Positions 1 through 9,150 of a stretch of DNA of 24,229 nt are shown piece after piece; the stretch's first letter is position 1; each line of letters opens with the position of its first letter. The notes under the pieces are model-generated. The model did not search any database and had not been told where the DNA came from. It saw only the letters and a list, made by a program, of their open reading frames with translations. A program made the translations under genes and the position numbers. Source of the stretch: a virus (lineage: Duplodnaviria; Caudoviricetes); IMG/VR virus record IMGVR_UViG_3300007094_000290, positions 1-24,229 of that record, one strand, 5' to 3'.

Positions 1-1080
1 TCATGCGGGCAGCTGGTTCGATACCCGAAGTTGCTCCAACGCAATGGCAACCAGCCGTTGATCGAAGATCTTCAGCTTGCGCAGCCCTGCCGCTTCTCCG
101 CCCGCCCAGCCCTTGAGACCTTGCATGACACCTTCCACGGTCGGATCGATATCGTCGTGCTGCATCATCCAATCAACGGTCGCCAGAAGTTCCATGCCGA
201 GGGGCGACTCGAAGCCATCAATGGTCGCCGAAGCCCACTCCAATACGCGCGAGAACTGCTTCCCTTCCCCGGAGTTCAGGTATGCTTGCACTCGGTCGTA
301 CTTGGCGTCGTCAAACCAAATGAGGTCCAGCGGATCGGCGTCCGAGAGCCGCTTGTCGCAGCGAAGATAACTGCCATCGAGGCTATCGAGCAGCTTCGTC
401 AGGTTGTGCGAATAGGGCCCGTACTTGTGGGCTTGGAACCTGAAATTGAGTGCCTCCGTCAATCCAAACCGCGTTACACCACGCTCGAGGAACCACCCCA
501 ACTTCTGCACTTCGAGAATCGAGCACTCGATCCCCAATAGAGCATAACGACGTACCATCTCCGCCACCAAAGCACGGGCCGGGGTCAGCTTCTCGACTCC
601 GGTACGTTTGGCGACGTTCTGGTACTTCACAGTCGGCTCGTAGACTATGACGTTGACACCATCGAGTTTGCCCAATGCCGCCTCGATCAGTGGACGAACG
701 TCCTGCCAAATGAGTCCACCATTCCCACAGCCAAGTGGAGGGATCGCAATTGAACGAATGTTCTTGTCGCGAATTACGCGGACAAGATCTCTCAATCCTT
801 CCTCAACCCATTCTATTTGGGTCTTCACACGCCAATGGGTCTTCGTCGGAAAATTGATGATCCAGTGCGGCCCGAAGAGTTCTTTGTTCTCGGTAACGAA
901 CATCTTGCCAATTTTAACTTCGCCGGCGTCGCAAGCGCGCGCATAGGCTTCGAAGTTGCGGGGGAACTGCTCCTTGAACATCAGAGCAATCCCCTTGCCC
1001 ATGATTCCGACTGTGTTGACAGTGTTCACCACTGCGTCAACGTCGGCCTCCAGCAGATTTCCTTGCGTGTAAGTTACCAT
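1..1080 (-). CDS. darG: DarG antitoxin, macrodomain DNA ADP-ribosylglycohydrolase (DarG2 type)
   Basis: N-terminal macrodomain motifs GNLLEADVDAVVNTVNTVGIMGKGIA, IINFPTK, SIAIPPLGCGNGGL; C-terminal DarG region (LEVQKLGWF, YGPYS, GFESPLGMELLATVDW); ATG overlaps darT stop (TGATG). Confidence 0.93.
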   Translation of the reverse strand: MVTYTQGNLLEADVDAVVNTVNTVGIMGKGIALMFKEQFPRNFEAYARACDAGEVKIGKMFVTENKELFGPHWIINFPTKTHWRVKTQIEWVEEGLRDLVRVIRDKNIRSIAIPPLGCGNGGLIWQDVRPLIEAALGKLDGVNVIVYEPTVKYQNVAKRTGVEKLTPARALVAEMVRRYALLGIECSILEVQKLGWFLERGVTRFGLTEALNFRFQAHKYGPYSHNLTKLLDSLDGSYLRCDKRLSDADPLDLIWFDDAKYDRVQAYLNSGEGKQFSRVLEWASATIDGFESPLGMELLATVDWMMQHDDIDPTVEGVMQGLKGWAGGEAAGLRKLKIFDQRLVAIALEQLRVSNQLPA

Positions 1081-1721
1081 CAGAAATACCAGCCAGGTTG
1101 TGCTACGACCTTGAGTTCGAGCCCAACCTCCTCCCGTTGACGTTCGAGTGTTCTTTTTTCGTTCTCACCCAGGCAGACTATGCCTGCAAGGTGCTCCACT
1201 GGCAAGTGCCTGTGTACGAGCGCCTCAGCCTGGTAGCGATCGGTCTTCTCAGGATCATCGACGTCACGCTTGAAGTCCCTGCGTTGAAGGATTCCCCAGT
1301 CGATCTTGTCCAGATCGTCGAGCGAGGTGAAGAACTGCGCGGTCTGAAGATAAGCGTGCCGATCCGAGAACACGGTTGCAAGGCCGCGGTCTGCCAACCC
1401 TCGGAGCGACGACACCATGATCACAATCTCAGCATTCGGGAACTGCCGTATCCCCCCGTAACCCGTCTTGATATTGTACATCATCATTGAAAAGGGCGTG
1501 AAGTAGAACGGGATATAATCCGCCAGCGTCCCGCCCGGCTGCACGGGCACATTCCTTGCCGTCCGGCGCTGAATCAGTTCGAGGTTCCCAATTCGCACAA
1601 AACCGGGATCCTGAACGTCGGAATTCTTGCAATGCAGCCCATGTCTTAGGATCCACGGCACATTGTTGATGTGCGTGATCCTGAAGATCAGGGCTTTCTC
1701 GGCGGTCAGGTTGTTGGCCAT
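1080..1721 (-). CDS. darT: DarT ssDNA ADP-ribosyltransferase toxin (DUF4433)
   Basis: FRITHINN, DYIPFYF..SMMMY, FSDRHA and YQAEALV (catalytic Glu) motifs; directly upstream of the macrodomain gene. Confidence 0.93.
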   Translation of the reverse strand: MANNLTAEKALIFRITHINNVPWILRHGLHCKNSDVQDPGFVRIGNLELIQRRTARNVPVQPGGTLADYIPFYFTPFSMMMYNIKTGYGGIRQFPNAEIVIMVSSLRGLADRGLATVFSDRHAYLQTAQFFTSLDDLDKIDWGILQRRDFKRDVDDPEKTDRYQAEALVHRHLPVEHLAGIVCLGENEKRTLERQREEVGLELKVVAQPGWYF

Positions 1722-1755
1722 GTCATGTTGTCAATACAGTTCGAGCAGTGTCCCC

Positions 1756-2193
1756 TCAAGATGGTCTATGACGCCCAACTGCGTCCATCACGAATTCCAT
1801 CGACCGCTTCGTCGGCACGCGTTTGCCGTTCAACCGCCAGACGATGACCGCGATGCCATACTGCCAGCGCCGGTTGGCGGTGGCGCGGCTGATGCCCAAT
1901 TCCCAGCATATCGGCTTCCAAGGCTTGCGGTTTGCGCGCAGCCACACAAGGCGCGCGTCGGCCGGGTCCAGCCAGCGCAACCACAGCAGCGCGTCGTCCG
2001 CTTGTGTGATGTCGCGCGGGCCCGGCTTCGGGCGTCGCATCCGAGACTCCTGGCCGACCTGATCGGCGAAGCTGTGGAAATACTCGGGCCAGGCGTTGAA
2101 ATAGCCCTGAGGTTTCACCTCGGGCAGCGACCGGAACACGTCGGCCGCACTCTCGAGCCGGTCCTCGACCATGGTGGGCGTCCAGTCAGCCAT
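1756..2193 (-). CDS. DUF6362-like phage protein with C-terminal helix-turn-helix
   Basis: Start re-assigned to MADWTPTMVEDRLE (ATG 2193, overlapping the upstream gene end); HTH-like WKPICWELGISRATANRRW. Confidence 0.72.
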   Translation of the reverse strand: MADWTPTMVEDRLESAADVFRSLPEVKPQGYFNAWPEYFHSFADQVGQESRMRRPKPGPRDITQADDALLWLRWLDPADARLVWLRANRKPWKPICWELGISRATANRRWQYGIAVIVWRLNGKRVPTKRSMEFVMDAVGRHRPS

Positions 2194-2386
2194 TCGCGGC
2201 CTCCCGTTCGGCCACGCGCGGCCCATAGAGCTTTTCGCCCAGCTGACGCACCAGTTCGCGCTCAGGCCAGGTGAGACGCGGGTCGTCGATGGACACGGCC
2301 AGTAGCCCATGGTCATGCCAGCCGTCCTGCTTGACGCGATCTGGATCACGGCGGGTGCCACCGTAGCCTCGGGGATACCACCTCAC
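2186..2386 (-). CDS. small hypothetical phage protein
   Basis: GTG start overlapping the upstream TGA (GTGA); coupled on both sides; 66 aa. Confidence 0.65.
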   Translation of the reverse strand: MRWYPRGYGGTRRDPDRVKQDGWHDHGLLAVSIDDPRLTWPERELVRQLGEKLYGPRVAEREAANG

Positions 2387-2904
2387 GCGACACCCCCGTT
2401 CGTTTCGATCGCCCAATGCAGGATGGCGATGGCATCCGCCTCGTTGTCATCGGCGGGGCTGAACCCGCGCGCCCGCGCGGCTGCGATCATCGCCACCTTG
2501 TCGGCGTTTCCCTTCCCGGTGGCATGGCGCTTAATCGTGCCGACCGGAACACCCTGATAAGGAATGCCGCGCAGTTCGGCCCATGCAGTGAGGGTGGCCA
2601 TCAGACCGCCATACACATGGGCAGCGTCTGTACCGACATGGCGGCGAACTTCCTCGAACCAGATCGCGGCGATTGGTCCGGACAGTCGGTCGATCTCGGT
2701 CAGCCAGTTGGTAAAGCGCAGGTATCTCATGCCACCGCCGTCGAAGCGGCCGGGACGCAGCGAGACGGTGCCGCTGGTGATCAGGGCGTCATGACCGCGG
2801 ATCGTCCATCCGGTCGATGTGCCGAGATCGAGAGCGAGTATGCAGGATACGGGAAGGCGCCCTTGTTCAAGGCGCGGGTCCGGCACTTCGGAGTTCAGGG
2901 TCAT
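2383..2904 (-). CDS. RuvC-like Holliday junction resolvase (phage type)
   Basis: ILALDLGTSTGW, WFEEV, IKRHATGKGNADK, DDNEADAIAI: RuvC acidic catalytic pattern. Confidence 0.8.
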   Translation of the reverse strand: MTLNSEVPDPRLEQGRLPVSCILALDLGTSTGWTIRGHDALITSGTVSLRPGRFDGGGMRYLRFTNWLTEIDRLSGPIAAIWFEEVRRHVGTDAAHVYGGLMATLTAWAELRGIPYQGVPVGTIKRHATGKGNADKVAMIAAARARGFSPADDNEADAIAILHWAIETNGGVA

Positions 2905-3003
2905 AATGAAGGCTCACCTCGATCGTGGGCCTTCGGCTTTGGTCATGGGCAGGAAATCATGTCAGGTGTGCCGGGTCAAGGAAAACGCGCTCTGCAGACG
3001 GGC

Positions 3004-3266
3004 GACCCAACCTGGTCCTACTTCTGGTCAAGGTAGGGCCACAAATCATCGTTTGAAATCAAAGCTGTCCCTACCGGTCCTACTCGTCCCAACCTTTTTT
3101 CCTACGACGCATAAGGAGGGATGAAGCCGGTTAGGGACATACATGTCTATGGGAAGGGAAAGGAAGTTAGTGCACCAAGTAGGGCCAGTAGGGACACGAT
3201 TGAAATCTTTGTGTTTTCCCTGACCCTACCTAGCCGTCAGGTAGGGTCAGGGAATGAGGTAGGGCC
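3004..3266. repeat. Iteron-like repeat cluster, putative replication origin
   Basis: About a dozen copies of a 9-mer resembling RGTAGGGNC/GGTTGGGNC in both orientations with AT-rich spacers; perfect 16-bp inverted repeat 3216-3231/3239-3254; downstream of the primase-helicase gene. Confidence 0.65.
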
Positions 3267-3521
3267 AACCCGAAACGTGAACACGGCCGCCAGGGGCGGT
3301 TGTTGCGACGCTCTTCGACAACTCCGCACGATCACCCCCTTGTGTGCGGCATCGCCAACGCCCATGTTGCTTGGCGTGCTGCGCATGGCCGTTCCGGTCC
3401 GGGTTTCCCCATGAAGAACATGCGCATCGAATATCGCGACAAGGCAACCTTTCCCAAGGGTCTTCGTGGCGGCAATGGACCGAGCCCTCGACTTCGACGA
3501 CCCTCAGGCAGAGGTTTTGCC

Positions 3522-4406
3522 ATGAATGAACAGCTCACCGGCCTTCCGGCCACCTCCGACATTGCCAAGGCCCAGGCGAAGCGCCTGAGGTCGGCTCTCG
3601 CTCCCGATCTCACGATCGGACACAGCCAAGCCCTCGAACTGATCGCCCGCGTCCATGGCGAACAGAGTTGGGGGCGGCTGAACTCGCTGATCGGCGCGCC
3701 GACCAGCGATACTTCTCTCATGGGCAACCCCAATGGGAATGCTCCTGCGATGCCAATCCCGTCTGGCACACCTGCAGAGGCCAGAAAGTCGGCTGCCCCG
3801 CCGAAGAACCAGGTGGAGCAACGTGTCCTTCAGGCACTCTGGCACGGGCTTGAGCGAGCGCGGGACACACAAGTCTCGTCGAAGACCCGTGCCCAAACCA
3901 GCGCACTTCTGAAGGACGAGGTTATTGCAACCGTTTCGGTCGAAGGATGGCTTGACACGCTCGATACCAGTCTCGGTGGGATGGTCTTCGACATGGGAAC
4001 AGAGAACCTGCTGAAGATCTCAGGGGTTGCGGCGGTCTCGCGGTTCAGGCGCCCGAAAGTACGGGATACCTCCGTTTACGGATTCACGGGCCTGAGACCG
4101 GCATCATTTGCCGCAATCCTGATCTGGCTCGAGCGTATTGGTTTCGATACTCATCCTGAAGCGTTCTACGAGCCCTTCATCGAGGACATCAAGCAGGCCA
4201 AGTATGTCGATGAGGATGAGCTGACTTGTCTTTGGCATTCCAAGGAAAAGAAGAAATTTCAGACACGGGAATACTTCGTGGATGCCGAATCCAAGATCGC
4301 GAACGTCAAACGCGATGTCATGAAGGGACGTAGCGGGTTGACGATCGAGATTGCTCGCAGCACCGATCCGCTTGGCCTGATCGAGAGCCTTCGCATCTAT
4401 CGATGA
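3522..4406 (+). CDS. Orphan accessory protein: N-terminal 'glyoxalase superfamily protein' (Glyoxalase_8-like) helical domain plus unknown C-terminal domain
   Basis: ATG 3522 with GAGG at 3511; AKAQAKRLRSAL...IGHSQALELIARVHGEQSWGRL; Pro-rich linker; opposite strand to neighbours, visibly lower GC. Confidence 0.7.
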   Translation: MNEQLTGLPATSDIAKAQAKRLRSALAPDLTIGHSQALELIARVHGEQSWGRLNSLIGAPTSDTSLMGNPNGNAPAMPIPSGTPAEARKSAAPPKNQVEQRVLQALWHGLERARDTQVSSKTRAQTSALLKDEVIATVSVEGWLDTLDTSLGGMVFDMGTENLLKISGVAAVSRFRRPKVRDTSVYGFTGLRPASFAAILIWLERIGFDTHPEAFYEPFIEDIKQAKYVDEDELTCLWHSKEKKKFQTREYFVDAESKIANVKRDVMKGRSGLTIEIARSTDPLGLIESLRIYR

Positions 4407-4429
4407 GGTCTTCGGCGCGATGTCACGAG

Positions 4430-4460
4430 AAAAGTGGGTGGCCGAAACCGGCCGCCCTAC
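4430..4460. terminator. Possible bidirectional intrinsic terminator
   Basis: Stem GGGTGGCC (4436-4443)/GGCCGCCC (4450-4457) with A-tract on the left, between convergent stops at 4406 and 4476. Confidence 0.45.
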
Positions 4461-4475
4461 ATCATTCTTGTTTCG

Positions 4476-7028
4476 TCATTCGGTCGACGGTTTTCTATAG
4501 CGCCATTCACGCGCGCTGTCTGACCGACGCCGGTATTTCTCCCAGTCCCGCGACTTCAGCCAGGCCCCCACGCGCATCTGATCGCCCTTCGTCCATTTCG
4601 CGGGCTCGATGCCGAGCGCGCCTTCGAGGATTTCACCCACCGACACATCGCGGATCGGCTCAGGGCGCTCGAACTCTTCATCCTGCCAATCCTCATAGCC
4701 CGCGTGGCCGCGATTGACGCTGCGGGTGTCGTGGGTAAGCCACCGGTCGATGCGGGCATCCCAAGCATCCGCCTGGTAGCGACGGTCCTGTTCCTCGCGG
4801 GCTTCGGCCAGCAGCGCCGGATCGTCGATCCACCAGATCGCGCCGGCGCGGAAGCGATGGACGGCTTCGGCCCAGAGCTGGTCCCGGTCGCGAGCCAGCG
4901 CCGGGATGTCGATGGTCCCGCAGCGCAGCGGCCAGAAGCGGCGGTTGCCGGTCTCGTCGCGCAGATAGGTGTCGGGGTTCACGGTGCCCGCGAAGACGCA
5001 TTGGCGCGGCACCTCGACGGTGTACCGGCCGTAGGGAGGACGGAAGCGGTCTGTGGTGCGGGTGAGGAATGCCTTGATGCGCGAGACCTCGGCTCGGCCG
5101 ATGGCGTCGAGTTCGGCGATCTCCACGATCCAGACGCCCTGCATGTGGATGGCGGCATCCTTGGACCCAAGCTCGGGCAGTTCGTCGGTGAACCATGCTT
5201 CGCCCGCCAGCACCTTGATGGCTGTCGATTTGCGCGCGCCTTGCGGGCCTTCGAGGATCAGCATGTGATCGGCCTTCACACCGGGGCGGAAGATGCGTGC
5301 CACTGCCGAGATGAGCCAGAGCGCGCCGACGGTATGGTGGAACGCGGTCGGGGCAGCGCCGAGATAGGTGCTGGTCCAAGTCTCGATCCGGGGCGTGCCG
5401 TCCCAGCGGAGGTGTTCCAGCCAGTCGCGGACGGGATGGATGCGGTGTTCGCGGGCGACTGCGCCGACGGCACGACCGACCACAAGCGGCGCGACATTGA
5501 CCCCGCGCAGCTGCAGCCATTCCGCGGTCCGGACATCGTCGGCATCCTCCCACGGACGTGGAAACGGGCCGGTCGCGGCATCCCACGGCAGCGGTTGGCG
5601 CACGACGATCTCCTGGGAGAAGTCGTCGAAGGCCAGCACGCCCGCGAAGGCGATGTCGGACGTCAGTGCGATGATGACATTGGCCTCGTTGCGCTCGGGC
5701 GTCCCGACCAGATCCTGTCGCAGGCGGTTGTACCAGGCAGGTTGGGCGATCCGCGCATGGGGATCGCCGGAGACGTTCACGCGCTTCACCAGTTCGATCA
5801 GCTGCTTGTCGAGGATCGACATGGCGATGCCGGTGGTGGTCTTGATGCGGGCAAGGATCTGGCGCGCGGGCAGCGGGTCCAGCCGGGCAAGGGCAATGCG
5901 GCCGAGAAGTTCGCCAAGGGCCGAGATATCGGGCGGGTTGGTCAGCGCATCGGCGGCCGCCACCAGGTCGGCGATGATGTCGCCCGCAGACGGCAAGCGC
6001 TCCGTCTCGGCAGGCAGGTCTTTGGTCAGAAGCTCCTGACTCAGGCCATAGTCGTCGGCGCGCGCCCCGCGCAGAAGGTCGTCGTTGAAATCGTCGCCAT
6101 GCAGCGGGACCACGATCTCGTTCGGAATGTCAGCCCGGTTCAGCCGGTCTGAGAGCGTGGCGGCCGCCTGGCGTCCGGCATCGCCAGCATCGGCGTAGAT
6201 CATGACGCGCGTCGTGCCCTCGGGCCAGCGAAAGCGCGCGAGGCCATCCGCGGACAGCGCCGCCCAGACGGCGGTGCCGAACAGGGCATGCGCTGCCAAG
6301 GCGGTCTCGATGCCTTCGGCAATGCCGAGATGGCCGCCCGCAGGCATCGCGAACAGGCGCACGGCCGCATCGGCCACCGAACCCAGCATCTTCTTGCCAG
6401 CCGGGCCCTTGGCGCTGCCATCGTCGAGCAGGAATGTCCGATGGATGCCGGGGGCACGTTCGCCCGTCACGACGCGCGGCAGCGCGATCAGCCCTGGCCA
6501 CCCGCGCCGTGTGTCGAAGTCCGGCAGATCGGGGTGGAACAGCAGGTCAGGGCATCCCGGATCGCCGAGGCCCCGTGCGCGCAGGTAGGCCTCGCCAACG
6601 GTTCCGGCGAGCGGCTGCGCTCCATCGACCAGACGCGCAACCTCGGTTGAATGGCCGGGCTTCGGGCGCGGCGCCGATCTGGGTGCGGGGCGATCCATCC
6701 CTGCAATCCGCGCCGCTTCGTCGAAAAGCGCGCCGTCGCTAAGCCCCGTCGCCCGCGCGATCAAATCGATGGGCCCGGCGCTTTCGCCAGTGGCATAGTC
6801 GAAGCCCCAGCCTGCATAGGGCCCGTCGAGGTGGATGGTGCACGACCCTTCCTTGCGCGGCGGGCGGCCGGACAGGTCGGCACAGCGCAAGGAGCGACGG
6901 TCGCGCGCAAGCCGCGCCTCCGGAAAGATGCCGGGGAGCCAGTCGTTTGCGGTTGCGGCAAGCCGATCCTTCACGGCCGCCAGATAGTGGCGTGCCTTCG
7001 GCGTGGCGACATCGTTGAGATCGATCAT
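4476..7028 (-). CDS. Toprim primase fused to VapE/VirE-family ATPase/helicase
   Basis: YLRARGL, GIHRTFL, AEGIETAL, YADAGDAG, DDFND (Toprim); GPQGARKST Walker A, VEIAELD Walker B, FRPPYGR, GTVN..YLRDETGNRRFW (VapE). Confidence 0.9.
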   Translation of the reverse strand: MIDLNDVATPKARHYLAAVKDRLAATANDWLPGIFPEARLARDRRSLRCADLSGRPPRKEGSCTIHLDGPYAGWGFDYATGESAGPIDLIARATGLSDGALFDEAARIAGMDRPAPRSAPRPKPGHSTEVARLVDGAQPLAGTVGEAYLRARGLGDPGCPDLLFHPDLPDFDTRRGWPGLIALPRVVTGERAPGIHRTFLLDDGSAKGPAGKKMLGSVADAAVRLFAMPAGGHLGIAEGIETALAAHALFGTAVWAALSADGLARFRWPEGTTRVMIYADAGDAGRQAAATLSDRLNRADIPNEIVVPLHGDDFNDDLLRGARADDYGLSQELLTKDLPAETERLPSAGDIIADLVAAADALTNPPDISALGELLGRIALARLDPLPARQILARIKTTTGIAMSILDKQLIELVKRVNVSGDPHARIAQPAWYNRLRQDLVGTPERNEANVIIALTSDIAFAGVLAFDDFSQEIVVRQPLPWDAATGPFPRPWEDADDVRTAEWLQLRGVNVAPLVVGRAVGAVAREHRIHPVRDWLEHLRWDGTPRIETWTSTYLGAAPTAFHHTVGALWLISAVARIFRPGVKADHMLILEGPQGARKSTAIKVLAGEAWFTDELPELGSKDAAIHMQGVWIVEIAELDAIGRAEVSRIKAFLTRTTDRFRPPYGRYTVEVPRQCVFAGTVNPDTYLRDETGNRRFWPLRCGTIDIPALARDRDQLWAEAVHRFRAGAIWWIDDPALLAEAREEQDRRYQADAWDARIDRWLTHDTRSVNRGHAGYEDWQDEEFERPEPIRDVSVGEILEGALGIEPAKWTKGDQMRVGAWLKSRDWEKYRRRSDSAREWRYRKPSTE

Positions 7029-7037
7029 CGCGTCCCC

Positions 7038-8357
7038 TCACGCCAGGAGGACGAGGCCGCGCTCGGCGCGGGTGATAGCGGTGTAAAGCCAGCGGCGGCG
7101 GTCGATCTCGCTGCGGCCCAGCCCGTCGTCCCAGACGATCACGTTCTCCCACTGCGATCCTTGCGCCTTGTGGGCGGTGATCGCCCAGCCGAAGGTGGCC
7201 TCGGTCAGCTTGCGTTTTTCACGCCAGTCGCGGTCATGGCGCTTGGCGTCGTAGGCGACGTGATCCTCGAAATGCCCCTTGTAGATGCGCAACCGGCCCT
7301 GACGGCCGTCGCTGTCGAATGGCGTCACACGACGCCCGTCTTCGTCATGCACCACGGCAGAGAAATAGAGGCTGCCTTCGTCGACGATATCCTCGAGGGT
7401 CAGGAACATGCCGTTGATCAGACCGAGCGCATTGTCGTTCTTCAGGCAGATGATCTTTTCCGCCCCGCCGGTGGGAAGATATGTCCCGCCCAGCCCGGCC
7501 GCCGCGCGCATCGCGTTGTTCAGCTGGAAGCGCGTCGCGTTCAGGCCGCAGATCAGCTGCCCGCCGCGCAGCGCCTGGTCCGGCGTGATGTCGCCCTTGC
7601 GCAGCTTGGCGACATGGGCGTCGTAAACCCCAAACCCGATGGGCTCCCCCATCCGCGCCATGGTGGCGAGACGGATGATGGCGCTCTCGGCCGCCTGGCG
7701 GTGGATCTCGGTCAGCATCACGTCGGGGGCGTCCCGGGTGAAGGCCCCTTCGCCCTTGATCGGCGGTAACTGGCCGGAATCGCCCAGCACCAGGATCGGC
7801 TTGCCGAAACTCATCAGGTCGCGGGCCATCTCCTCGCCCACCATCGACACCTCGTCCAGCACGATCAGCCGCGCATCCGCGGCATCACTCTGCGGGTTCA
7901 GGGCGAAGCGGGGGTGCTTCATCGCGGACAGCGCCTGGCGCATCGCCTCGATCCCCGCCTCGGCCGCGGTCCTGTCGAAACCGGTCAGCTTGCGCGCGGC
8001 GGTCTCGGCTTCCTGAACCTTGGCGGCCGCAGCGGCGATTTCCTCCTCGGTCGACTCGATCACCGAATAGATCAGGCTGTGGATGGTGCGCGCGGGCGTG
8101 CCCTTGCGGCTCAGGACCAGTGCGGCCTTGCCCGTGAAGGTGGCGGTCACGACGCCCGGCACGCAACGGCCGTCCTTGGCGCTGCGGTGGGGCGACAGAC
8201 CGAGGTCGTCGAGGGCGAACTTCAGGACCGTGCTCTTGCCCGACCCGGCATAGCCGAAGAGCCGGAACACCTGCCGATCCTCGGTGCGGTGCTCGAACCA
8301 GTCGCGGACTTCGGCGATGGCGGCGGCCTGCGCGGCCGAGGGGACGAAGTCAGACAC
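7038..8357 (-). CDS. RecD/Dda-like SF1B DNA helicase
   Basis: GYAGSGKST, TFTGKAA, TIHSLIY, LDEVSMV, GDSGQLPP, LTEIHRQ, AITAHKAQGSQW, LYTAITRA; GTG start 8357 overlaps upstream gene end. Confidence 0.9.
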   Translation of the reverse strand: MSDFVPSAAQAAAIAEVRDWFEHRTEDRQVFRLFGYAGSGKSTVLKFALDDLGLSPHRSAKDGRCVPGVVTATFTGKAALVLSRKGTPARTIHSLIYSVIESTEEEIAAAAAKVQEAETAARKLTGFDRTAAEAGIEAMRQALSAMKHPRFALNPQSDAADARLIVLDEVSMVGEEMARDLMSFGKPILVLGDSGQLPPIKGEGAFTRDAPDVMLTEIHRQAAESAIIRLATMARMGEPIGFGVYDAHVAKLRKGDITPDQALRGGQLICGLNATRFQLNNAMRAAAGLGGTYLPTGGAEKIICLKNDNALGLINGMFLTLEDIVDEGSLYFSAVVHDEDGRRVTPFDSDGRQGRLRIYKGHFEDHVAYDAKRHDRDWREKRKLTEATFGWAITAHKAQGSQWENVIVWDDGLGRSEIDRRRWLYTAITRAERGLVLLA

Positions 8358-9150
8358 CGACGCCCCTCCAGCACCGCTCTGCCCATGCGCAGGGCGCGTG
8401 CCACTTGCCGACAGCCATGCCGCCCCGGCAGACGACCGCCGTGGGCTCGTTGGCCATCCGGGGCAACCATTCCCCCGCCGCGGAAGCCTGCACCACCGTG
8501 ACGGCCCGATCCGACATCTCCTGCGCAAGGCGGGCATCGAACGGGACGAGTTCCGCGTGCAATTCCATCGTGTCGCGGTTCAGGGCGGTGAAGAGCGCCG
8601 GGTTGGGCAGGTCCATGTAGGCCTGATAGAGCGCGATCTGGGCGGCGTAGACGGGGCGCGCGATGCTGACGCCGCGCTTGACCACATCCTTCCAACTGGA
8701 GGCCCCGAGCGCCTTGTTCTCCCAGAGGGCGGGATAGTCCATCGCGATGGGGCCCGAGACGAAGCAGCCATCGATATGGCCCTTGAACCGGCCCGCCATG
8801 GCCTCGAAGCCGAACTGGCGACCATCGGGGCGTTCGGTGCGCAGGTCGAACCCGGCAATCCGGAACCAACCCGCGACGATGTCCTCCGCCCGGTGGCCAG
8901 CCTCGAAGATCCGCAGAGTGCGCGGCTCGAACTCCTGGCCCTCGTCCTTGGGCACTGCGAGAAAGTCGTACTGGATATGGCGGAGGCAGTCGCGCCCCAG
9001 CCCCGAGGAACTGACATAGGTGCGGGGGCGCTCGGCGCGATTGCGCGCCGTCAGGGCCGCATCGATGGCGGAAGAGACGGCGGCGGCGATCGGCGGACGC
9101 GGCGCATCCTGACCGTAGATGCAGCCCGAGCCGTGGTTCAGGTCGATCAT
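8350..9150 (-). CDS. Cas4-like PD-(D/E)XK exonuclease
   Basis: SGLGRDCLR, GHIDG, WENK, QIALY motifs and C-terminal Cys cluster (C..CAWAERC). No CRISPR context. Confidence 0.8.
   Translation of the reverse strand: MIDLNHGSGCIYGQDAPRPPIAAAVSSAIDAALTARNRAERPRTYVSSSGLGRDCLRHIQYDFLAVPKDEGQEFEPRTLRIFEAGHRAEDIVAGWFRIAGFDLRTERPDGRQFGFEAMAGRFKGHIDGCFVSGPIAMDYPALWENKALGASSWKDVVKRGVSIARPVYAAQIALYQAYMDLPNPALFTALNRDTMELHAELVPFDARLAQEMSDRAVTVVQASAAGEWLPRMANEPTAVVCRGGMAVGKWHAPCAWAERCWRGVGV

Noticed and set aside
1728-1733. TTGACA on the - strand just upstream of darT
   Set aside because: Only 6 nt from the start codon, with no -10 at suitable spacing.
3004-3266. Repeat cluster as a CRISPR array
   Set aside because: Units are about 9 bp, in both orientations and irregularly spaced.
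3300-3521. N-terminal extension of the 368-aa ORF, and similar extensions at 2361, 8537, 9951, 10673, 11935, 16753 and 20971
   Set aside because: Downstream starts have RBSs or stop-start overlaps and coincide with domain beginnings; most extensions overlap other genes.
8350-9150. Cas4-like gene as evidence of CRISPR-Cas
   Set aside because: No array or other cas genes; solo Cas4-like nucleases are common in phage replication modules.
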